DNA of 64,000 nucleotides, taken from the NCBI RefSeq assembly GCF_006345805.1, contig NC_043024.1, positions 9,920,001 through 9,984,000 on the forward strand, written 5' to 3'. The position numbers and the translations under genes are program-made. Positions within the stretch are counted from its first letter, which is position 1, and every line of letters begins with the position of its first letter. The stretch is from Octopus sinensis (Eukaryota). The notes below the pieces were generated by a model that saw only the letters and a list, made by a program, of their open reading frames with translations, searched no databases and was not told where the DNA came from. Shown one piece after another: positions 51,458 through 62,295 of the stretch.

Positions 51458-51899
51458 ATGTATATATATATGTATATATATATATGTGTGTGTGTATGTA
51501 TGTATGTATGTATATATATATATGTGTGTGTGTATGTATGTATGTATATAAATATATATATGTGTGTGTGTATGTATGTATGTATATAAATATATATATG
51601 TTGTGTGTGTATGTATGTATGTATATAAATATATATATATATATATATCTATATATTGTGTGTGTGTGTGGTGTATGTATGTATATAAATATATATTATG
51701 TGTGTGTGTGTGTATGTATGTATATAATATATATATGTGTGTGTGTGTGTGTATGTATGTATATAAATATATATATGTGTGTGTGTGGTGTGTGTATGTA
51801 TGTATATAAATAATATATGTTGTGTGTGTGTGTGTATGTATGTATATAAATATATATATGTGTGTGTGTGTTGGGTGTATGTATGTATATAAATATATT

Positions 51900-51933
<34 letters not shown>

Positions 51934-51984
51934 ATAAATATATATGTGTGTGTGTGTGTGTGTATGTATGTATATAAATATATA

Positions 51985-52015
<31 letters not shown>

Positions 52016-52657
52016 ATAAATATATATATATGTGTGTGTGTGTGTATGTATGTATGTATATAAATATATATATATATATGTGTGTGTGTATGTATGTATG
52101 TATGTATATAAATATATATATATATATGTGTGTGTGTATGTATGTATGTATGTAATATAAATATATATATATATATGTGTGTGTGTATTTATGTATGTAT
52201 AATATATATCTATATATAGTATATATATATGTGTGTGTGTGTATGTATGCATGAATGTATGTATGTATGTACGTACGTATATATATATATGACTGGTTTC
52301 CACACAGCCATGCCCCTCGTCTATCATGGACTTCTCCAAATAAAGTTCCACCTAGTTTCTGTCTTTCCAAATTCCATTCCCAGAACTTGTTGTAATCTAA
52401 CATCATTGCCCACCATTACAACTTCTCTTCCAGGAATTTTACCAAAGACAAATCCTACACCAGACTCTGTAAAACCGTTTCTTTAGCCATTGCTTATGCT
52501 GCCAACACAGGAGGCACTGCTTCCTTAACTGGAACTGGGCCAAATTTGGTCTTAAAGGGACAGTCAGATATGTAAGTATCATCTAGGACCTTTCAGCGTT
52601 CCCTCATATAAATATATAGAGCAACCTACAAATGAAGTTAATACCCATACATATTAC

Positions 52658-52704
<47 letters not shown>

Positions 52705-53137
52705 TAACATTCGTCTGTCTCTCTCTCTCTCTCTATCTCCTCTCTCTCTCTCTATCTAACATTCTGTCTATCTGTCTCTGTCTCTCTCCTTCTAACATTC
52801 TGTCTGTCTGTCTGGTCTGTCTCTCTCTTCTCTCTCTCTCTAACATTCTGTCTATCTGTCTCTCTCTCTCTTTCTAACATTCTGTCTCTCGTGTCTCTTT
52901 CTAACTTCTGTCTCTCGTCGCTCTCTCTCTGTCTCTTCCTCTCTTCTCTAATCTGTCTCTCTGTCTCTCCTCTCTCTATTCTACATCCTGTTCTCTCTCT
53001 CCTCCTCTCTCTCATCTCTCTCTCTCTCTTGTGTTAATGAAGTATATATCCATGTATGCACACATATATGTATGTTTATATGTATGTATGTATGTGTGTG
53101 TGTATGTATCTTTGTGTATATATGTATGTATGTATTT

Positions 53138-53189
<52 letters not shown>

Positions 53190-54077
53190 ATATATACTCT
53201 CTTCGCTCTTATATGCCATTTGGTCTCAACTCTCCCCCCCTCCTCATCTAACCCCCCTCTCCCCCTCCTCATCTAACCTCCCCCCGACCCTACTTCTCTT
53301 CAGTCCTTCATCCTTTCACCCCTACTCCTCTTCCCTTCTTCCTCCTTCTCCCTCCCTCCTTCTTCCCTCTTCCCCCCTCCCTCCTTCTTCCCTCTTCCTT
53401 CCTCTTTCTCTCTGCTCCCTCACTCCCTTCTCTCTCCTCTCTCCCCCTCTCCCTCTATCCTCCCCCTCCTCTCCCCCTCCTCTTCTCTACTTCCTTCTCC
53501 CCCTCCTCTTCTCCTCTCCTTCCTTCTCCCCTCACTTCCCCTCCCCCTCCTCTTCTCCCTTTCTCCCCCCTCCCCATCTCTCCCCCTTACCTCCCCCCTC
53601 TTCCCCTCATCTCTTCACACATACACCATACAACTTACACATCACATCATATATACATACACACGTCCATCCCTCTCATACGCACTAATACTCTCTCATA
53701 CACACACACACACACTCTTCTCATACACACACACACACACTGTTATGTTGGAGCGAGGTCATTTAACCCTATTATCTCCCCTAATTTCGCTCTTGCGTCT
53801 CACGTTTGATCTTTGACTTCTGGCCGAAATCAGATCGCCATGTTGATTCGCTAGCCTCTGCACGCATATTTTTTTCTCTCCTTCTTTCTGTGTTTCTTCT
53901 CTCTCTGTGTATCTTTCTGTTGAAGAGCGTAGGCTCGAAACGTTAAAGACTTGTTTTATATATATTTCCTGAGCGCCATACTAATACAATTGTTTGTTTG
54001 TATTCCACCTGCCTTTGTCTTTTGTTTATTTCCGTAAACCTGCCTTCGTCTTTTGTCTATTTTCATAAAGCTTCCCG

Positions 54078-54112
<35 letters not shown>

Positions 54113-54291
54113 GTATGTATGTATGAATGTCTGTATGCATGTATGTATGTGTGTATGCATGTATGTATGTGTGTGTGTATGTATGTATGTATGTATGTCT
54201 GTATGTATGTCTGTATGTATGCATCTTTGAATGTATATATGTATGTATGTATGTGTGTGTATGTATGTATGTATATAAATATATATATATA

Positions 54292-54322
<31 letters not shown>

Positions 54323-54905
54323 ATGTATATATATATGTATATATATATATGTGTGTGTGTATGTATGTATGTATGTATATAAATATATATATGTGTGTGT
54401 ATGTATGTATATAAATATATATATGTGTGTGGTATGTATGTATGTATATAAATATATATATTATATATATATATTATATGTGGTGTGTGTATGATGCATG
54501 AAATGTTGTATGTATGTACGTACGTATATATATATATGACTGGTTTCCACACAGCCATGGCCCTCGTCTATCATGGACTTCTCCAAAAAAGTTCCACCTA
54601 GTTTCTGTCTTTCCAAATTCCATTCCCAGAACTTGTTGTAATCTAACATCATTGCCCACCATTACAACTTCTCTTCCAGGAATTTTACCAAAGACAAATC
54701 CTACACCAGACTCTGTAAAACCGTTTCTTTAGCCATTGCTTATGCTGCCAACACAGGAGGCACTGCTTCCTTAACTGGAACTGGGCCAAATTTGGTCTTA
54801 AAGGGACAGTCAGATATGTAAGTATCATCTAGGAACCTTTCAGCGTTCCCTCATATAAATATATAGAGCAACCTACAAATGAAGTTAATACCCATACATA
54901 TTACT

Positions 54906-54937
<32 letters not shown>

Positions 54938-54954
54938 TTCTAACATTCTGTCTG

Positions 54955-54986
<32 letters not shown>

Positions 54987-55023
54987 AACATTCTGTCTAT
55001 CTGTCTCTCTCTCTTTCTAACAT

Positions 55024-55062
<39 letters not shown>

Positions 55063-58000
55063 AACATTCTGTCTATCTGTCTCTCTCTCTCTTTCTAACA
55101 TTCTGTCTCTCTGTCTCTTTCTAACATTCTGTCTCTCTGTCTCTCTCTCTTTCTAACATTCTGTCTCTCTCTCTCCTCTCTCTCTCTCTCTGTCTGTCTC
55201 TCTCTCTTTCTAACATTGTCTGTCTGTCTCTCTTTCTAACATTCTGTCTATCTCTCTCTCTCCCTCTCTCTCTTCCCACAGGTTATACCATGCGGCAGGT
55301 TTACCCTCTGTGGTGACATTCGCTACATGGATGATGTTTGGATTACCATTGGCATTCGTTAACTTGATTATAATATGGGTTTGGCTAATTATCTTTCAAC
55401 TACATCGATGGTAAGTACCCCCATCACCCATCATTTAGTACACATATATCTATATAATTCCCGCCATGACCCTCTGGTTCATAAGTCTGCTTTGGAACCA
55501 AAGGGTTTCAGGTTCTGTTTCTCTGAGAGGAACACCCAAAGTCTCAGACTGACCAGAATCTTTTGAGTGGAATATGATGGTCAATAGAAACAGGGCGGAA
55601 GGCTGTTGCATATACATACATGCACAGACGCACATGCACATACATACATATACAGACACACACAGACACATGTGCACATACATACCCTGGAGTTCAGTCT
55701 GACACCCAATATTGAGTGTACCACCCACCCAATACTAAGTCTATCACCCACCCAGCCACTTTTAAGCTGGCCATTCATCCAAGCTTAAGTTTACCACCCA
55801 AGATTCAGTCTGCCATCCACCCAACCAAGGTTGTGTATCCACCACTCACCCTATGGTTAAAGAGTCCCCTACCATCTCAGACTCAGTACCAGCTGTAATT
55901 ACCAATAAATTCCTCAAATTCTTTGTTCTATTTCCAGTCGCCTAAAATCGTGTGTTGGAACCAAAGTCTCAAAGAATGACACCAAAGTCAGAAATATCAT
56001 TGAACAGCAACTAAAAGCGCTGGGACCAATTTCGTATGTACCATCAACAAAACTACTTTTATCTCCTTCTAGCTTCACCTTTATCACTCCCATTCCATCT
56101 TCTGTGAGGTAACCATGTACTTTCTCCACAGCATGAAACCTCTTCTATTCAGGCCCCCTTCTAACATACTTTAATCCTTTATCTCCTAGAATAAAGTTAC
56201 CTCCTTCTCAGAATAAAGTTATCTCCTGGAATAAAGTTACCCCCTTCTCAGATATTTTGTCCAGGAAATATTTTGTCCAAGGAGGATTTTGTCCAGGGGA
56301 TATTTTGTCCAAGGAGGATTTTGTCCAGGGGATATTTTGTCCATGGGGGATTTTGTCCAGGGGATATTTTGTCCAGGGGATATTTTGACCATGGGGGATT
56401 TTGTCCAGGGGATATTTTGTCCAGGGAGATTTTTCTCCAGGGAATATTTTGTCCAGGGGGATTTTGTTCTCGGCGGGATTTTGTCTGGGTGAGATTTTTG
56501 TGAGGGAAAGGATTTTGTCGAGTGGGGGTGGATTTTGTCCTTGGGAGGATTTTATCTGGGGATGAATTTTGTCTGAAGGGGATTTTGTCCTCAGTGTGTT
56601 TTGTCTTAGTACCTACATCACCAATACCAGCAGTACAAAAGCCCCCACCTCATATTATCACCACCATACCCTGTGTCCTGACCAAAATTCTTCGATTTAT
56701 TGCAGATTTGCTCAAGTTCTCATTGGTTTCTGTTTTGTACTCTTGGTTCTGCTCTGGATCACACGTGACCTGCAGCAGGCTGGAGGCTGGCGACTGCTGT
56801 TCAAACCCAAGTAAATCTTGTTTTTTATACATTTATTTCTCTGCGAGCTGACAGACACGTTAGCACACCGGGCAAAATGCTTAGCGGTATTTCGTCTGTC
56901 GTTACGTTCTGAGTTCAAATTCCGCCGAGGTCGACTTTGCCTTTCATCCTTTCGGGGTCGATAAATAAAGTACCAGTTTCGCACTGGGGGCGATATAATC
57001 GACTCAATCCCTTCGTCTGTCCATGTTTGTCCCCTCTATGTTTAGCCCCTTCTGGGCAGTAAAGAAATATATACATTTATTTCTCTCATAGAGTAAGATG
57101 GTAAGCTGGAAGAATTGTCGGCGCATTGGAAAACGTGCTTAGCATCATTTTTTGATAATGTGCCTTGTGTCTCCAAGCAATTTTCAGGCTCTGAGCCCAC
57201 GTTCTATTTAAATAAATATAAACAAAATCCTCATTTTTGCTTTAATGACCATCCAGTTGATGGACTCACCCAGTCTGTTCATAAATCTGCAAGCTCAAAC
57301 AGCTACCATATTAATCATCACTTTATCTATCTATCTATCTATCCGCTCAGTCGAAATCGACTCTCGGTCACTCGTTGGATCAGTGTCCTCCAGTCAGTTC
57401 TATCCTGGGCCGCTTCTTTCAGATTGGCTATGTCCATTCCGGTATCACTCCTGATGGTGTCAAGCCAGCGGGTTCTTGGTCGGCCTCTTCCTCTGTTGCC
57501 ACTGACCATTCCGAGCATGATGTCCTTCTCCGGGGATTTTCTCCGCATAATATATATATATATATATATCCGCTCAGTCGAAGTCGACTCTCGGTCACTC
57601 GTTGGATCAGTGTCCTCCAGTCAGTTCTATCCTGGGCTGCTTCTTTCAGATTGGCTATGTCCATTCCGGTATCACTCTTGATGGTGTCAAGCCAGCGGGT
57701 TCTTGGTCGGCCTCTTCCTCTCTTGCCACTGACCATTCTGAGCATGATGTCCTTCTCCAGGGATTTTCACTTTAGATCTATAAAATAACAATATCCAGGT
57801 AATACATGGAGCACCTGTCTTAATTTTGTCTTCCACAGGTACGTGACAGATGCTACACCTGCCATCTTTGTGGCCGTTCTTCTGTTCATTTTGCCATCCA
57901 ACATCTCCTTTTTCACTAGGAAAGGATACAGTATGTACATATATCTACCTGTGTACCTAACTATTTACCTGTTCATCTAACTACCTGCTTCCTTACCTGT

Positions 58001-61000
58001 GTACCTTATTACTTATCTACCTGCCTATCCATCCACTTATCTGTCTACCTCTTCACCTATCTCATAGCCCACCAGTGTATTCACTTACCTGTATACCTGT
58101 CCACTTATATACCTACTTCTGTACTTATCCAACTACCTGCATGACCATGGTCATCTACCTGCATATCTAACACCCCACCTGTCTATCAGTTTCCCTACCT
58201 GTCCACCTATCTATCCACCTGATCACACATCCCTATATAAACCTATTCAAATGTTCCCCTATCCATTTTCTGTCCACATATCTTCCCATCCATCCATCCA
58301 TCCTTCTACGTACCCACCTATTTACCTATATAAATGTCTACCTAATTAACTCTCTACCTATCACTGGAGAACGAAAATTCCCTTATTTGAAAAAATAGGT
58401 AGGGATTAACAACATGGGAGGTATCTGCCTGTAAATCAATGTCTTAAAATCTATTCATCTAACCCATGCTAACATGGAAAAATAGACGTTAAAAATAAAA
58501 AAACAAACACTTGATGTGTGTGTTTGTTTGTTTGTGTCTTTACTGGATACTGTTTTGTTTCTGTTTATTAGGACAAGACTTTGGAGATTGGACACCCATA
58601 CTTAACTGGAGAACTGCCGAGAAAAAACTCCCCTGGGGTATCGTCCTTGTGTTGGGTGGTGGATTTGCCATAGCTGATGTATCGAGGGTAAGTCCGTGGC
58701 TAAAAACATCTATTTTATTTTACATAAAGTTGTGAATGAATGACTGAATGGGTAGGTGACAGAGTGTGCAGATATGACCATCACTCCCTACAACACGTTA
58801 TGGGCTCATGCTGTAGCCATACACTCTGCCAGTCCTTGATTTCATCTCTCCTTCTTCATATTTGTCATCCACAAACCCAGTTTCCATCCCAGATGTTCTG
58901 GGCCCTGATATCATGACCGGAATATTGTAGTTTCCACCTTCTGACCATCTCCCTTAAAACTGAACTATTCATCCTATAGGGCCACTCAACTGACCCCTAT
59001 CACTCACCCATAACACTTCATCTTCAACATCTTCAATAAGCTGGGGGTCAGCCAACCAGATCCCTATCTCAGATCCTCACAATGGTATTGGCCAAACCAA
59101 GGGTTTTTTAAAGTCTCACTTTGATTCTGTAGGCACAGTTGCCCCCCCCCCCCCTTGACAGCCGGTCAAACAATTTGACCAGATATAGAGGGTGTTATGC
59201 AACATTAAGTTTCTGACACGTGACCTCATCTTTTCCTCTTTTCTGCACTGATGCAAGCTGTAAGGGTGCAACTAGACTGGTTCTTTCTAATACCGCAGGC
59301 CAGTTTGCAGATAGGAGCAGAGCACAGAAGACCATGGCCTCTAAAAACTCCGCCGGTTACGACGACGAGGGTCCCAGCTGATACGATCAACGGAACAGCT
59401 TGCTCATGAAATTAACGTGCAAATGGCTGAGCACTCCACAGACACGTGTACCCTTAACGTAGTTCTCGGGGATAATCAGCGTGACACAGAGAGTGACAAG
59501 GCCGGCCCTTTGAAATGGAAGCACTCCGTCGGTTACGACGACGAGGGTCCCAGCTGATACGATCAACGGAACAGCTTGCTCGTGAAATTAACGTGCAAAT
59601 GGCTGAGCACTCCACAGACACGTGTACCCTTAACGTAGTTCTCGGGGATAATCAGCGTGACACAGAGAGTGACAAGGCCGGCCCTTTGAAATGGAAGCAC
59701 TCCGTCGGTTACGACGACGAGGGTCCCAGCTGATACGATCAACGGAACAGCTTGCTCGTGAAATTAACGTGCAAATGGCTGAGCATTCCACAGACACGTG
59801 TACCCTTAACGTAGTTCTCGGGGATAATCAGCGTGACACAGAGAGTGACAAGGCTGACCCTTTGAAATACAAGTACAACTCATTTTTGCCAGCTGAGTGG
59901 ACTGGAGCAACGTGAAATAAAGTGTCTTGCTCAAGGACACAACGCGTCGCCGGGAATCGAACTCACAACCTTACGATCATGAGCCGAATGCCCTAACCAC
60001 TAAGCCACGCGCCCTCACACCCATGGCCTCTACTTACCAATCATTCTGTTTAGCATTCCATCAAATGGAAATTGTAGTTGTGATCCATGTGCCGGTAGCA
60101 CGTAAAAAGCACCATTCGAACGTAGCTGATGCCAGCGCCGCCTTGACTGGCTTCTGTGCTGGCGGCATGTAAAAAGCGCCGACCGATCGTGGCTGTTGCC
60201 AGTCTCCCCTGACACCTGTGCCGGTGGGACGTAAAAAGCACCATTCAAATGTGGACGATGCCAGCGCTGCCTTGACTGCCTTCTGTGCCAGTGGCACGTA
60301 AAAAGCACCGACCGATCATAGACGTTGCCAGCCTCCCCTGGCACCTGTGCCGGTGGCACATAAAAAGCACCATTCGAATGTGGCTGATGCCAGCGCCACC
60401 TTGACTGGCTTCTGTGCTGGTGGCATGTAAAAAGCACCGACAGATCATAGCCATTGCCAGCCTCCCCTGACACCTGTGCCGGTGGCATGTAAAAAGCATC
60501 CACTACACTCATGGAGTGGTTGGCGTTAGGAAGGGCATCCAGCTGTAGAAACACTGCCAGATCTGACTGGGCCTGGTGCAGCCCCCTGGCTTTCCAGACC
60601 CCGGTCGAACCATCCAACCCATGATAGCACGGAAAACGGACATTAAACGATGATGATGATGTGTATATATGTGTGGCCACAATAAACATTTTTCAAGTTA
60701 CGACCTTGCTTGTATATGTTCTTCATCTGGGTCCACAACCAAATGAGATCACAGCTTTCTGAGAATCATATTAGGTGGCTCAACATCAACCTACACCCAT
60801 CCAAAATGCTATTGCTGAGGGTCCAGTCTCTTCATATTGTGTTGAATGTCCTCAAGGATGATCTTCTTGCACCAAACCTTACTTTGAATTTGTGGATGCA
60901 TTCTTCTGTTTGGTCAGCAGTGGAACCAGGGTTGTGTTGAAGCTGTCAACCTTCATACCAGTTTCAACATTACAGAGGTTCATCAGTTCACTAAGACCTC

Positions 61001-61812
61001 TGTTCACTGACAACAGTTCCTGAACACGCCACTTTATTTGTTCACTATCTCACTATTTCACCCATTCACCACCATGTCTGTTCACCATCATACCAGTTCA
61101 CTAAATCAACCATTCACCACCTGTTGACTACCACATCTGTTCAATATCTCACCAGTTCACTACCTCACCTTTTCACTAGTCTCAGTTCATTGAGTCAGCC
61201 CCAGTTAAACTCCAACCCCACTCGTCTGTTCTTGTGTTCTTCAGGTCTCTGGGTTATCAGCAGAAATCAGCCGTCAACTGTCAGTTCTTTCAACCATGAA
61301 ACCCTGGGTAATGAGCCTCGTCCTCAGTTTCCTAGTCTCGTTATTAACAGAAATAACCAGCAATGTGGCCACTGCTTCTATTTTAATGCCAATAATGGAA
61401 CAAATGGTAAGTTCACATTTTTTTTTTTTGCTACTTTACTCTTTTATTAGTTGTTGGTCTACAGCCATGCCCTCCTAAACCTGCCTCAGTTTTTGAAACA
61501 GCTGTTAAGATCTAAATTTTTTATCCTCTTTCAGGCCATTTCTATGGGTATGCACCCTCTTTACCTGATGTTTCCAGCAGCTTTGGCATGTTCTTTTGCA
61601 TTCATGTTACCCGTGGCAACAGCCCCAAACACAATTATATTTTCCACTGGTCACTTGAAGGTTGTTGATATGGTGAGTATGAATCCATTATCCATGGCAC
61701 CTATATTGCAGCGGTCGGAGGAATATGTGCCGTTTAGTCTCATACCGGCCTTAAATCAGGGAAGTGCATGATCAAGGGCCTTCCTGCTATTATGTTGACA
61801 AGTTATTTTCAG

Positions 61813-61849
<37 letters not shown>

Positions 61850-62012
61850 TGTGTGTTTGTGTGTTTGTGTGTGTGTTTGTATGTGTGTGTGTGTTTGTGT
61901 GTGTGTGTTTGTGTTTGTTTGTGTGTGTGTGTGTGTCTGTGTGTGTGTGTGTGTGTTTGTGTGTTGTGTGTGTGTGTGTTTGTGTTGTGTGTGTGTTTGT
62001 GGTGTGTGTGTT

Positions 62013-62045
<33 letters not shown>

Positions 62046-62120
62046 GTGTTTGCATGTGTGTGTTTGTTTGTGTGTGTGTGTGTGTTTGTGTGTGTTGTGT
62101 GTTTGTGTTGTGTGTGTGTT

Positions 62121-62152
<32 letters not shown>

Positions 62153-62259
62153 TGCATGTGTGTGTTTGTTTGTGTGTGTGTGTGTGTGGTGTGTGTGTGT
62201 GTGTTTGTGTGTGTGTTTGTGTGTGTGTGTTTGTGTGTGTGTTTGCGTGTGTGTGTTTG

Positions 62260-62295
<36 letters not shown>

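Larger units (their letters stand above)
50190..55260. repeat. Tandem duplication of about 2.8 kb in SLC13 (contains exon 6)
   Basis: Block from 50190 recurs from about 53015; differences are mostly microsatellite and homopolymer indels. Confidence 0.9.
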
